Shown here: positions 51,919 through 63,858 of the stretch, one piece after another
How the letters are laid out: each line of letters starts with the position of its first letter
Numbering within the stretch: the first letter of the stretch is position 1
Source of the DNA: an uncultured delta proteobacterium
GTDB taxonomy: Bacteria; Myxococcota; Myxococcia; Myxococcales; Anaeromyxobacteraceae
Assembly (NCBI GenBank): GCA_963814585.1
Contig: CAWFDF010000012.1
Coordinates: 470,781 to 534,780 of the forward strand
Length of the DNA stretch: 64,000 bases
Direction: 5' to 3'
Position numbers and translations under genes: made by a program
Notes under the pieces: model-generated
The model's database searches: none
Told to the model about the DNA's origin: nothing
The model's input: the letters and a program-made list of their open reading frames with translations, nothing else

Positions 51919-52904
51919 GCCGGGTCGATCCTCGCGTGGCGCTCATGCTCGGCTTCGCCATCGGCGCCGGGGTGGCGGCGCTGTCCGGCTGCGGGCCGGC
52001 CCCGCCCGAGCCGCACACCCGGATCGCCGGCTGGTCACCGAGCGGCAGCGGGGCCTCGCGCTCCGCCACCGTGGCCGTGGACTTCACCGGGCCGGTGGCC
52101 GCCGACGGCCTCGCCGAGGGGCGCCTGGTCGCGCTCGGCCGCGCCGCCGACGCCCGCGCCCTGGCCCGCGCGCTCGACGGCGGCGAGGCGCCCGGGCCGC
52201 TGGCCCTCCCCTGCGACGCCGGCCTGGCCGGGGGCGGACGCCGCTTCGAGCTGCGGCCGCGCGCCCTGCTCCCGGGCGGGACCGCCTTCGCGGTGGTGGT
52301 CGCCTCCACGCTGCGCGACGCCGGCGGGCGCGCCGTGCTCGATCCCGACGGGCACCGCCAGGCCTTCGTGGGCACCTTCACCACGGTGCCCGGCCCGCCG
52401 CCGCGCCCGGTCCTCACCGAGGTCCGGGCGGTGGCGGCGACGCCGCAGGCGGGCGGCGAGTACGTGGAGCTCCTCAACCTCGGCGAGGAGGCGCTCGACC
52501 TCTCCGGCTGGCGGCTGGAGAAGCGCACCAGCGCCGGGCTGCTGGCCGGGTGCACGGTCACCACCGCCGCGGAGCCGCTGCCGCCCGGCGCCCTCGGCCT
52601 GATCGCCGGGGGAGCCTGGGACGGGCGCTACCCGGTGCCGGACGGCCTCGTCCGGTTCACCTGCGGGGCCTCGACGCTGGCCGGCGGCCTCGCCGACGAG
52701 CGGCCGCCGGAGGTCCGGCTCCTCGACCCGGCAGGCGCGCTGCAGGGCACCCTGGGCCGGGACGGCGCCGCGCCTCGCTGCCCGGCCGCGGTGGAGCGGA
52801 TCGACGCCCTGGCGCCCGACCTGCCCGACAACCTGGCCTGCGCGGTGGACGAGGGGACGCCCGGCTGGTGCAACTCGGTGACGCCGCCGGAGCGGTGCCC
52901 GTGA
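51915..52904 (+). CDS. Lipoprotein with Ig-like and lamin-tail domains
   Basis: Lipobox LSGC; VLTEV...EYVELLN...DLSGWRL; GTPG. Confidence 0.75.
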   Translation: MSRVDPRVALMLGFAIGAGVAALSGCGPAPPEPHTRIAGWSPSGSGASRSATVAVDFTGPVAADGLAEGRLVALGRAADARALARALDGGEAPGPLALPCDAGLAGGGRRFELRPRALLPGGTAFAVVVASTLRDAGGRAVLDPDGHRQAFVGTFTTVPGPPPRPVLTEVRAVAATPQAGGEYVELLNLGEEALDLSGWRLEKRTSAGLLAGCTVTTAAEPLPPGALGLIAGGAWDGRYPVPDGLVRFTCGASTLAGGLADERPPEVRLLDPAGALQGTLGRDGAAPRCPAAVERIDALAPDLPDNLACAVDEGTPGWCNSVTPPERCP

Positions 52905-52907
52905 CCC

Positions 52908-53086
52908 AGTGCCGCGCCCCAGGCAAGATGACGTGACGAGAGAGCCGAGACCGAAGCGAGGCTGGCGCCCGAGGAGGGAGCAGCGGAAGCGTAGCAGCGC
53001 TACGCTGAGCAGCGGACCGACGAGGCCGCCTGCCGCAGCGAGAGGATCGGCTCTCGCAGTAGGCATCTTGCCTGGGGCGCGGCACT
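52908..53086. mobile_element. 179-bp MITE/REPIN-like palindromic element, copy 2
   Basis: Same sequence and orientation as 23232-23410 by eye; sits between convergent genes. Confidence 0.8.
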
Positions 53087-53097
53087 AGCGGCGGGGA

Positions 53098-53790
53098 TCA
53101 GCCGAGGTTCTCGACGACCCACTTCCCCAGCACCTCGCCCTTGAGGATGTAGCCGTCGGCGCCGCACTCCTCGACCAGCCGGGCCACCTTCTCGCGGTCC
53201 TCGCCGGAGCAGAAGAGCACCTTGATGCCCTTGAACATCGAGTTCTTCTTCACGAACTTGCAGAACTGGGCCCCGTCGACCTTGGGCATGTTGATGTCGA
53301 GGAGGATGAGGTCCGGCCGGGTGGCGCGCTTGAGGATGATCGAGGTGGCCTTCTCGGCGTCCGGGGCGTACTGGATCTCGAACCCCTTCTCGGCGAGATC
53401 CTGCGCCAGCAGCCGGGCCACGATCTCCGAGTCGTCGACGATCAGCACCTTGCGCTTGCGCTCCAGCGCCGCCTGGAGCCGGCCAGGCAGCCCGTCGGGC
53501 GGCGAGAGCTCGACCCAGCCGTCGAGGTGGAGCTCCTTGGCCTGGGCCGCCAGCTCCTCGGCGCTGCCGTCGCCGATCAGCAGCGACCGGCCCTCGAAGC
53601 CGCGGTCGCGCAGCAGCGCCGCCGCCTGGCGCCCGCGGGCCTGGTCGGTCAGGAGCAGCGCCGCCCCCGCCGCCTCCGCGACCAGCACCAGCGGCTCGCG
53701 GCTGCAGGCCACCTGGTGGCCGGCCGCTTCCAGGGTCATGGCGGCCGCCTGCTGGAGGAGGTCGCTGTCGGAGCAGACGAGGATTTTCAC
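53098..53790 (-). CDS. frzZ: Dual receiver-domain protein, FrzZ-like
   Basis: Two REC domains, divergent from the frzA-like gene; C-terminal REC intact (VDD, LLD, ILKG). Confidence 0.75.
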   Translation of the reverse strand: MKILVCSDSDLLQQAAAMTLEAAGHQVACSREPLVLVAEAAGAALLLTDQARGRQAAALLRDRGFEGRSLLIGDGSAEELAAQAKELHLDGWVELSPPDGLPGRLQAALERKRKVLIVDDSEIVARLLAQDLAEKGFEIQYAPDAEKATSIILKRATRPDLILLDINMPKVDGAQFCKFVKKNSMFKGIKVLFCSGEDREKVARLVEECGADGYILKGEVLGKWVVENLG

Positions 53791-53873
53791 GACGCGATAT
53801 CGGGGCGAAAGGCGGACTTCATATAGCACCAATCTTGCTGGTTCGTCCCGGGTCCGTCGATAATCAGCCGACC

Positions 53874-54386
53874 ATGTCCCAGGCCAGGTCTCCCAGCGAG
53901 CCGAGAGCGGCTGGCGCCCCCCGCGCCGACCAGGACGCCTGGTTCTTCTGCCTGCGGATCCTGGGCGGCCGCTACGCCTTCGAGGCGCCGCTGGTGACCG
54001 AGGTGGTCCGGCTCGGGCCGCTGACGCGCCTCCCGGCCGCGCCCTCCTTCCTCCCCGGCGTCTTCACGCACCGCGGCGAGGTGCTGCCGGTGCTCGACAT
54101 CGGCCAGCTGGTGGGCCAGGGGCCGATCGCCATCCGCGCCTCCACCCGCGCCGCGGTGGTCCACTGCGGCCCGTGGAAGGTGGCGGTGATCTCCGACGGC
54201 CTGGAGGGGCTGGTGCTGATCCCGCACCGCCAGCTCGAGCCGCCGCCGGCCGAGAGCACCGGCATGGCCGAGTTCCTCTCCGGCGTGGCCCGCGACCGGA
54301 GCGGCACCATCGCGGTGCTCGACCTCCCCAGGCTGGTCGAGGCCGCGCGCAGCCGCGCCGTCCCGGGCGGGAGCGCCGGCGCGTGA
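53874..54386 (+). CDS. frzA: CheW-like coupling protein
   Basis: LTRLPAAPSFLPGVFTHRGEVLPVLD; position in cluster. Confidence 0.8.
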   Translation: MSQARSPSEPRAAGAPRADQDAWFFCLRILGGRYAFEAPLVTEVVRLGPLTRLPAAPSFLPGVFTHRGEVLPVLDIGQLVGQGPIAIRASTRAAVVHCGPWKVAVISDGLEGLVLIPHRQLEPPPAESTGMAEFLSGVARDRSGTIAVLDLPRLVEAARSRAVPGGSAGA

Positions 54387-54799
54387 CCGGGCCCTCGAGC
54401 GAGCTCCTGATGTTCCAGGTCGGCGCCAGGGTCTTCGCCGCGACCGTGCGCGACGTGGTCCGGATCGGCAACGTCGCCGACGCGCCGCCCGGCGCCCTGG
54501 TCGAGGGGACCAGCCTGGGCGCCACCTTCGCGCGCGAGCGCGGCATCGTCATCGCCGGCGAGGCGGGCGGCGCCGAGTCGACGCTGGTGGTCGACCAGGT
54601 GCTGGGCGTCCGCTCCGTGCCGGAGTCGGAGATCCAGCCCCTCCCCGCCTTCGCCGCCGCGGTGATCCGCTCCGGCGCCGTCTCCGGGCTGGTCCTGCTG
54701 GACGAGGCCCCCACCCTCATCGTCGATCTCCCCACCCTGGTCCGGGAGCGGCTCGCCGCCGCGCCGGCTCGATCCACCCCGCCCGTCGCCACCGCCTGA
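54383..54799 (+). CDS. frzB: Degenerate CheW-like protein
   Basis: LVVDQVLGV, LIVDL; lies between the frzA- and frzCD-like genes. Confidence 0.7.
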   Translation: MTGPSSELLMFQVGARVFAATVRDVVRIGNVADAPPGALVEGTSLGATFARERGIVIAGEAGGAESTLVVDQVLGVRSVPESEIQPLPAFAAAVIRSGAVSGLVLLDEAPTLIVDLPTLVRERLAAAPARSTPPVATA

Positions 54800-54809
54800 G
54801 AGGCCCCAC

Positions 54810-56063
54810 ATGGCCGCCACCCCCGCCCCCAAGTCGAAGAAGCCCACCAGCAAGCCCACCGCCGGCCCGCCGTCGCGGCGCCGCGACGGCGCCGACGCCG
54901 CCTCGCTGGCCGCCGCCATCAGCGCCATGGCCAGGGGGAACCTCGGCGTCCAGGTCCGCCCCGAGGACTACACCGACCCCAGCCTGCGGCTCATCGCCGA
55001 GGCGCTCGACGGCGCCGGCGACTCGCTGGGCACGCAGATCCGCGAGTTCAACGAGCGGGTCCAGAACGTCTCGCACGGCGTCGACGAGGCCATCGAGGCG
55101 CTGATCCGGCTGGTGGTGCAGGGCGACCTCTCCGGCGAGCTGCGCCTCGGCGTCACCGACGCCGCGCTGACGCCACTCATCGCCGGCATCGGCCAGGTGG
55201 CCGAGACCCTCAAGCAGTTCGTCACCGAGATCCGCGAGGCGGCGCTGCAGCTCTCCACCTCCTCGGCCGAGGTGCTGGCCGCGGCCACCCAGAACGAGTC
55301 CTCCACCGCCGCCCAGGCCAGCGCCATCCACGAGACCACCGCCACCATGGAGGAGCTCAAGGGGGCCTCGCACCAGATCGCCGAGAACGCCCAGATGGTG
55401 GCCGGCATCGCCGAGCAGACGCTCACCGGCGCCCGCCAGGGCGAGGGCTCGATCAAGCTCTTCATGCAGTCGATGGAGAAGGTCCGCCACAACGCCGTCG
55501 AGGTGGACGACGCCATCGGCAAGCTCTCCAAGCGCGTCGAGCGGATCGGCACGGTGGTCGAGGTCATCGACGAGGTCGCCGACCGCTCCGACCTGCTGGC
55601 GCTCAACGCGGCGCTGGAGGGGGCCAAGGCCGGCGAGGCCGGGCGCGGCTTCTCGATCGTGGCCGCCGAGATGCGCCGGCTGGCCGAGAACGTCATGGAG
55701 AGCACCAAGGAGATCAAGAACCTCATCACCGAGATCCGCGAGTCGACCCACGCCGCCAAGGAGGCCTCCGACGGCAACAAGCGCGAGGCCTCCGAGGGCG
55801 AGAAGCTGGGCGGCGCCGCCATGCAGTCGGTCACCGGCATCCTCTCCGGCATCCAGGAGACCAGCGACGCGGCGCGCGTCATCCACCTGGCCACCCAGCA
55901 GCAGCGGACCGCCACCGAGCAGGTGGTGCTCTCGATGTCGGAGATCGAGGAGGTCACCCGCTCGGCCCAGTCGGGATCGCGCCAGGCCACCGGCGCCGCC
56001 TCGGAGCTGACCAAGCTGGCCGAGCGGCTGTCCGAGCTGGTGAAGCGCTTCAAGCTCGACTGA
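54810..56063 (+). CDS. frzCD: Cytoplasmic methyl-accepting chemotaxis protein
   Basis: No TM; LLALNAALEGAKAGEAGRGFSIVAAEMRRLA; basic N-terminal tail. Confidence 0.88.
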   Translation: MAATPAPKSKKPTSKPTAGPPSRRRDGADAASLAAAISAMARGNLGVQVRPEDYTDPSLRLIAEALDGAGDSLGTQIREFNERVQNVSHGVDEAIEALIRLVVQGDLSGELRLGVTDAALTPLIAGIGQVAETLKQFVTEIREAALQLSTSSAEVLAAATQNESSTAAQASAIHETTATMEELKGASHQIAENAQMVAGIAEQTLTGARQGEGSIKLFMQSMEKVRHNAVEVDDAIGKLSKRVERIGTVVEVIDEVADRSDLLALNAALEGAKAGEAGRGFSIVAAEMRRLAENVMESTKEIKNLITEIRESTHAAKEASDGNKREASEGEKLGGAAMQSVTGILSGIQETSDAARVIHLATQQQRTATEQVVLSMSEIEEVTRSAQSGSRQATGAASELTKLAERLSELVKRFKLD

Positions 56064-56091
56064 CCGGGAGCCCGCCGCCGCCGAGCCCGCC

Positions 56092-58379
56092 ATGGCCACC
56101 GAGGAGATCCGCAAGAAGCTGCTCCCGCGGTTCCGGGAGATGACCGCCGACCGGGTCGAGAAGATCTCGACGGTCCTGCTCCAGCTGGAGCGCGGCGCGG
56201 CCAGCGGCGAGCAGCGGGAGGAGCTGGCGCGGGAGCTCCACACCCTGAAGGGCGAGGCCCGGATGATGGGCTTCGCCGCCATCTCGACGGTGGTCCACGC
56301 CACCGAGGACGTGCTGAAGGGCTGCGGCGCCACGCCCTCGCGGGAGCAGGCCCAGGCGCTCCTCGAGACCTGCGACGCGGTGCTGGCCATGCTCGACCAG
56401 CCGGCCGAGGTCGGCCCGGCCTCCGAGGCGCTGGTGGCGCGGCTCGGCGCCCTGGTCGGGCCCGCGGCGACGCCCGCCGCGGTGGCAGCGGCGACGCCCC
56501 CGGCCCCCGCCGGCACCGGCACCGGCGCCGTCCGGCGCCGGCACCGGCAGCGGCCGCGGCGGCTCCGGCAGGCCCGGCACCCGCCCGCGCCGAGCGCGCC
56601 CCATCTTCGGGCGCCGCGCCGAGGACCGCGCCCGCACCCCGACCCGGCTGGAGCTGCGCGGCGACAAGGCCCAGGCCTCGATCCGCGTCGACATCGACCG
56701 GCTCGACGAGATCGCCGCCATCGCCGGCGACGTGCTGGTGGAGGGGGCCCGCGCCAACCGCCGGGCCCGCGACCTCGACGGCCTGTTCTCGCGCTGGAAC
56801 CGGGTCTCCGACCGGGTGGCGGCGCTGGCCGAGCGGCTGCGCCACGACGGCCTCGGCGACCGGTCGGTGGAGCAGCTGGAGGGCGACGTCCACCTGCTCC
56901 GCTCCGACACCTTCCGCTTCTGGCGCGTCCACTCCGAGGCGGTGCAGGGGGCGCGCGCCCAGTTCTCCCGGCTGGCGGAGCGGGTCGGCTCGGCCCGGCT
57001 CATCCCGCTCTCCGGGGTGCTGGCCGGCTTCCCGCGGGCCGCCCGCGACATGGCGCGCGAGCAGGGCAAGGAGCTGGACTGCGAGGTCTCGCGGCGGCGA
57101 GACCGGCGTCGACAAGGCCATCCTGCTCTCGCTCAACGACCCGCTGGTCCACCTGGTCCGCAACTCCATCGACCACGGCCTGGAGACCCCCGAGCAGCGG
57201 GCCGCCGCCGGCAAGCCCGCGGTGGGCCGGCTCACCATCACCGCCCGCTCCGACGGCGACCTGCTGGCGCTGGTGGTGGAGGACGACGGGCGCGGCATCA
57301 GCCCGCAGGGGATCCGGGACGTCGCGCTGGCCCGGGGCGTCATCAGCGAGCAGCAGGCGGCCGGGCTCTCGGCGCGCGCCTCCCTCGACCTGATCTTCCT
57401 GGCCGGCTTCTCGACGCGGGAGCAGGCCGGCGAGACCAGCGGGCGCGGGGTCGGGCTCGACGTGGTCCGGCGCAAGGTGACGGCCCTGGGCGGCTCGGTG
57501 ACGGTGGAGTCGGAGCCGGGCCAGTGGACCCGCTTCACGCTGCGCATGCCGCAGTCGCTCTCCCTGATGAAGGTGCTGCTGGTCCGCATCGACGACGACG
57601 TCTACGGCCTGCCCTCCATCGACGTGGACAGCGTCGGCCGGCTCGACCCCGTCGCGGTGTCCGAGGTGGCCGGCATCCGCGCCGTCCGCTACCGCGACAA
57701 GCTCCTGCCGCTGGTGGCGCTCGGCCCGCTGCTCTCGCTCAACGGCGGGCCCCGCCACCCGCGGCCCACCGTGGCCTACGTGCTCCACGGCGGCGAGGGG
57801 GCGGCGGTGGTGGTGGACGGCCTCCACGGCGAGCGCGAGGTGGCGGTGAAGGCCCCGGGGGCCTTCCTCAAGGGCATGCGCTTCGTCACCGGCGCCGCGG
57901 CGCTGGAGGACGGGCGGGTGGCGCTGCTGCTCTCCACCCCGGACCTGATCTCGGCGGCGCGGCGCATGGCCTCGCCGGCCATGGCGCGCGGGCGGGACCG
58001 GCGCCGGCTGCGCCTGCTGCTGGTGGACGACTCGGCCATCGCCCGCGAGGCCGAGGCGGCGCTGCTGCGCTCGCTCGGCCACGAGGTGGACGAGGCGGTG
58101 GACGGCGAGGACGGCTGGCAGCGGCTCCAGGGGGGCGGCTACCAGCTGCTCATCACCGACGTGCAGATGCCGGTGCTCGACGGCATCGACCTGACCCGCC
58201 GGGTCAAGGCCACGCCCCGCTTCCACAAGCTCCCCATCCTCATCCTCTCCTCCCTGTCGGCGCCCGAGGAGCGGCGCCGCGGCGTGGACGCTGGCGCCGA
58301 CGCCTACATGGTCAAGGGCGAGCTCGACGCCGAGACCCTGGCCGCCGCCCTGGAGCGGCTCTGCGGGGTCCCGGCGTGA
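56092..58379 (+). CDS. frzE: CheA-CheY hybrid kinase (frameshifted in the 56510-56640 linker and near 57091; probably sequencing errors)
   Basis: HPt ELHTLKG; ASIRVDIDRLD; HLVRNSIDHG; DDGRG; SGRGVGLDVV; CheW domain; REC LITDVQMP. Confidence 0.88.
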
Positions 58380-59398
58380 TCCGAGGCGAGGCGCGGATCC
58401 GCGTCCTGGTGGCCGACGACTCCGAGCTCTTCCGCGAGGTGCTGTCGCGGGTCATCGGCGCCGACCCCGGCTTCGAGGTGGTGGCGGTGGCGGCCGACGG
58501 CAACGCCGCGGCCCGCCTGACCCGCGACCTGAAGCCCGACGTCATCACCATGGACCTGAACATGCCCGACGCCGACGGCTTCTCGGGCATCGCGCGGATC
58601 ATGGCCGACACGCCCACGCCCATCATGGTGCTCACCGGCAACAAGGCCGAGCTGGTGGGCTTCAAGGCGCTCTCGCTGGGGGCGCTCGACATCCTCGAGA
58701 AGCCGGGGGCCAGCGCCGACCTCGACGCCTACGGCGCCGAGATCCGCTCCCGCCTGCGGCTGCTCTCCGGGGTCAAGGTGATCCGCCACCTGCGCGGCCT
58801 GCGCGAGCGGAAGCTGCCGCTGGCGCCGGCCTCGGGCCGCCGCGCCGACGTGGTGGTGATCGGCGCCTCGCTGGGCGGGCCGAGGGCGCTGGCCACGCTG
58901 CTGCGCGGGCTCTCCCCCACCTTCCCGGTGGGCATCGCGGTGGTGCAGCACATCGCCGACGGCTTCACCGCGGGCCTGGCCGCCTGGCTCAGCCAGGAGA
59001 GCCACCTGAAGGTGCGCGAGGCCGCCGACGGCGACGCGCTGCAGGCCGGCCACGTGCTGCTGGCGCCGAGCGGCCGGCACCTGCTGGTGGGGGAGGGGCG
59101 GGTGCACCTCTCGGACGGGCCGCCGGTGGAGACCTTCAAGCCGTCGGTGACGCCGCTCTTCACCTCCGCGGCCGCCGCCTACGGCGCCCGGGCCTGCGGC
59201 GTGATCCTCACCGGCATGGGTCACGACGGCGCGGCCGGCCTCAAGGCGCTCCACGACGCCGGCGGCCCCACGCTGGCGCAGGACGAGCAGAGCAGCGCCG
59301 TCTTCGGCATGGCCAAGGCCGCCGTCGACCTGGGCGCGGTCGACCGGGTCCTGCCCCTCGAGGACATCCCCCGCGCGCTGGCGGCCCTCACGCAATGA
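58376..59398 (+). CDS. frzG: CheB methylesterase
   Basis: REC plus GASLGG, VVQHI, PSV, LTGMGHDG, AQDE. Confidence 0.9.
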   Translation: MIRGEARIRVLVADDSELFREVLSRVIGADPGFEVVAVAADGNAAARLTRDLKPDVITMDLNMPDADGFSGIARIMADTPTPIMVLTGNKAELVGFKALSLGALDILEKPGASADLDAYGAEIRSRLRLLSGVKVIRHLRGLRERKLPLAPASGRRADVVVIGASLGGPRALATLLRGLSPTFPVGIAVVQHIADGFTAGLAAWLSQESHLKVREAADGDALQAGHVLLAPSGRHLLVGEGRVHLSDGPPVETFKPSVTPLFTSAAAAYGARACGVILTGMGHDGAAGLKALHDAGGPTLAQDEQSSAVFGMAKAAVDLGAVDRVLPLEDIPRALAALTQ

Positions 59399-60900
59399 TC
59401 GCCGTCGAGACCGAGCACCTGGCGGCGCTGGCCGCCCTCCTCAAGGAGCGGGTCGGGCTGCACATCCGGCCCGACAGCTACTCGGCGCTCCGGCTGGCGG
59501 TGGCGGCCCGGCTCGACGTGCTCCACGACGCCGTCCCGGGAGCCGCCGAGTACCTGGCCCTGCTGACGGGCCCGGCCGGCGACGAGGAGCTGCGCCAGCT
59601 GCTGCCGCTGGTGACGGTGGGCAAGACCAGCTTCTTCCGCGACGAGCGGCAGTTCCGGGCCCTCGACGCCCTGCTGCCGGGCTTCGTCACCCGCCTGGCC
59701 GGCGGTGGGCCGCCGCTGCGGATCTGGTCGGCGGGCTGCGCCACCGGCGAGGAGCCCTACTCGATCGCCATGTGCTGCGCCGAGCGGGGCCTGGCGCCCG
59801 GGCAGGTGGAGCTGCTGGCCACCGACGTCAACCCCGAGGCGGTGGGCGCCGCGGCGCGGGGGCTGTACGAGGCGCGCCGGGTGCGCGACATCCCCGGCCC
59901 GCTGCTCAACCAGCACTTCGATCGCGAGGGGGACGCCTGGCGGGTGCGCACCACCCTGCGCCGCGCCATCACCGCCATCCGCCCGCACAACCTGGTCTCG
60001 GTGGCCTTCCCGGCGCCGGCCTACGGCGCCTGGGACGTCATCTTCTGCCGCAACGTCATCATCTACTTCGACACGCCCACCACCCGGCGGGTGCTGGAGC
60101 AGTTCCACCACGCCCTGGCGCCGGGCGGCTGGCTCTTCCTCGGCTACTCGGAGTCGCTGTTCCGGCTCTTCGAGGGCTTCGACCTGACCGAGGTGAACGG
60201 CGCCTTCCTCTACCGGAAGCCGGAGGACGGCGAGCTCCGCCCCACCCGGCCCAGCCCCAGGGCGGTCCCCTCCTCCCCGCCCTCGGTGCGCCACGTGGTG
60301 TTCCCGCCCCCGGCGCCGCGCCCGGCGCCGCCGGCGTCGCCGTCGGGGCGGCCACCGCCGGCCCCGGTCGAGCCCGAGCCGCTGCTGGCCCCGCAGGAGT
60401 ACCTCGACGGCGCGGTGGCGCTCTTCTCGGAGGGGCGCTTCGGCGCCGCCCGCGAGCTGCTGGAGCGCCACCTGGAGCGCCACGGCGAGGGGCTGGCGGT
60501 GCGGCTCACCCTGGCCAACCTCTACAACGTGCTGCGCCAGCACGACCGGGCCCGCGAGTCCTACCTGGCGGCGCTGGCGGTCGAGCCGCTCAGCGCCGAG
60601 GCCCACCTGTTCTACGGAATCTTCCTGCTCACCCAGGCCGAGGCCGAGGAGGCGGCGCTGGAGCTGGCGCGGGCCCTCTTCCTCGATCCGGACCTGGCGC
60701 TGGGCCACTACTACCTGGGGCGCTGCCGCGAGGCCCAGCGCGACCCCCAGCGGGCCCGCCTGGCCTACCGGAACGCCATCGAGGCCAACCGGCGGCTCCC
60801 CGGCGGCCGGCGCCAGGCCTTCCTGGGGTACTATCCCGACATGCCCGAGGACGGCGCGGCCTTCGCCCGCGCCGCCGAGTACGCGCTGGCCGCCCTCTAG
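59395..60900 (+). CDS. frzF: CheR methyltransferase with TPRs
   Basis: TSFFRD, WSAGCATGEEPYS, IFCRNVIIYF, C-terminal TPRs. Confidence 0.92.
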   Translation: MIAVETEHLAALAALLKERVGLHIRPDSYSALRLAVAARLDVLHDAVPGAAEYLALLTGPAGDEELRQLLPLVTVGKTSFFRDERQFRALDALLPGFVTRLAGGGPPLRIWSAGCATGEEPYSIAMCCAERGLAPGQVELLATDVNPEAVGAAARGLYEARRVRDIPGPLLNQHFDREGDAWRVRTTLRRAITAIRPHNLVSVAFPAPAYGAWDVIFCRNVIIYFDTPTTRRVLEQFHHALAPGGWLFLGYSESLFRLFEGFDLTEVNGAFLYRKPEDGELRPTRPSPRAVPSSPPSVRHVVFPPPAPRPAPPASPSGRPPPAPVEPEPLLAPQEYLDGAVALFSEGRFGAARELLERHLERHGEGLAVRLTLANLYNVLRQHDRARESYLAALAVEPLSAEAHLFYGIFLLTQAEAEEAALELARALFLDPDLALGHYYLGRCREAQRDPQRARLAYRNAIEANRRLPGGRRQAFLGYYPDMPEDGAAFARAAEYALAAL

Positions 60901-60915
60901 GACCGACAGGACCAC

Positions 60916-61299
60916 ATGGCTGGCAAGAAGAAGATCCTCCTCCTCGACGACTCGCTCATCACGCTCGAGATGGAGAAGGCCGTGCTCGAGGACCGCGGCT
61001 ACGAGGTGGCGGTGGCCTCCAACCTGCTCGAGTTCCAGGCCGAGCTCGACCGCTTCCAGCCCGAGGTCATCCTCACCGACCTGATGATGCCGGACATCTC
61101 CGGCAAGGACATCGTCCGGGTCCTCAAGCGGGACTTCCACACCGAGCAGATCCCCATCGTGCTCTTCAGCTCGAAGACCGACGCCGAGCTGGCCGAGATC
61201 GCCGAGCAGGCCGGCGCCGACGGCTTCCTCTCCAAGTCGCACGGGATCGACAAGCTGGGCGACATGGTCGACGAGCTGGTCGACTCGATCATCTGGTGA
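60916..61299 (+). CDS. Single-domain response regulator
   Basis: LLDD, ILTDLMMP, FLSK. Confidence 0.9.
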   Translation: MAGKKKILLLDDSLITLEMEKAVLEDRGYEVAVASNLLEFQAELDRFQPEVILTDLMMPDISGKDIVRVLKRDFHTEQIPIVLFSSKTDAELAEIAEQAGADGFLSKSHGIDKLGDMVDELVDSIIW

Positions 61300-61324
61300 C
61301 GGGCGGCTGCCCGGGAGCGTCGGC

Positions 61325-62634
<1,310 letters not shown>

Positions 62635-62638
<4 letters not shown>

Positions 62639-63483
62639 GCCCGTTCCGCCCGCTCTCCGCCCGCCTCGCCGAGATCGCGGCGCTGGTCCGGGCCCGCACC
62701 GGCGCGCCGCCGCGGGTGGCGGTCATCCTCGGCTCCGGGCTCGGCGGCTTCGCCGATCGGCTGGAGCGGGCGGTGGCCCTCCCCTACCGCGAGCTGCGCG
62801 GGTTCCCGGACTCGCGGGTGGAGGGCCACGCCGGGCGGCTGGTGGTGGGCGACCTGCCCGGCCCGGCCGGCCCGGTCCGGGTGGCGCTGATGCAGGGGCG
62901 GGTCCACGGCTACGAGGGCTGGAGCGCCGCCGAGGTGGCCTTCGGCGCCCGCGTCCTCTGCTCGCTCGGCGCCCGGGCCCTGCTGGTCACCAACGCCGCC
63001 GGGGGCATCCACCCGGACTTCGGCCCGGGGACGCTGGTCCGCATCACCGACCACCTCAACCTCACCGGGCAGAGCCCGCTCACCGGCGAGAACGACGACG
63101 AGCTCGGCCCGCGCTTCCCGGACATGGGCGCCGCCTACTCCCCGCGGCTCGGGGCCCTGCTCGAGGAGGCGGCGGCCGAGGTGGGGGTGCCGCTGCGGCG
63201 CGGCGTCTACGCCGGGGTGGCCGGCCCCAGCTACGAGACCCCGGCCGAGATCCGCATGCTGCGCGCGCTGGGGGCCGACCTGGTCGGCATGTCGACGGTC
63301 CACGAGGTCATCGCCGCCCGCCACCAGGGCGTCCCGGTGGCCGGGCTGTCGCTGGTCACCAACCCGGCCGCCGGGCTGTCGGCGAGCCCGCTGACGCACG
63401 ACGACGTGCAGCGGGTGGCGGCCCGCGCCGCCGCGGCGCTGGAGGCGGTGCTGGCGGCGTTCCTCCCTCGTGCCGAGCGTTGA
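62635..63483 (+). CDS. punA: Purine-nucleoside phosphorylase (trimeric type)
   Basis: ILGSGLG, GRVHGYEG, TNAAGG, GPSYET, VGMSTV. Confidence 0.92.
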
Positions 63484-63525
63484 ACGGACGCCCTGCGGCT
63501 GGTAGCGTGTGCGGCGGAGGAGTTG

Positions 63526-63858
63526 ATGGCCCAGCCGTTCGACGAGCGCCGTGAGAGCCTGCGGGTCCCCTGCCGCTTCCAGATCCGGGAGGCGTCGGTG
63601 GGCGGCTCCTTCGTGGAGCACGAGGGGAACCTCGCCCTCGGCGGCATGTACTACGCCGGGCGCCATCCGCCGGTCGGCGCCGTGGTCGAGGTGCGCTTCC
63701 TGCTGCCAGGCCAGTCCGACGAGATCATGGCCCGCGGGGAGGTGCTGCGCGTCTCCAGGGACGGCGAGACCTACGGCGCCCACCTGCGCTTCACCGACAT
63801 CCCGCTCGAGCTGGAGCTGGCGCTGGCCCGCTACCTCCAGGCGGCCTCGGCCGAGTGA
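63526..63858 (+). CDS. Stand-alone PilZ domain protein
   Basis: RESLR (RxxxR), NLALGG, HLRF. Confidence 0.8.
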   Translation: MAQPFDERRESLRVPCRFQIREASVGGSFVEHEGNLALGGMYYAGRHPPVGAVVEVRFLLPGQSDEIMARGEVLRVSRDGETYGAHLRFTDIPLELELALARYLQAASAE

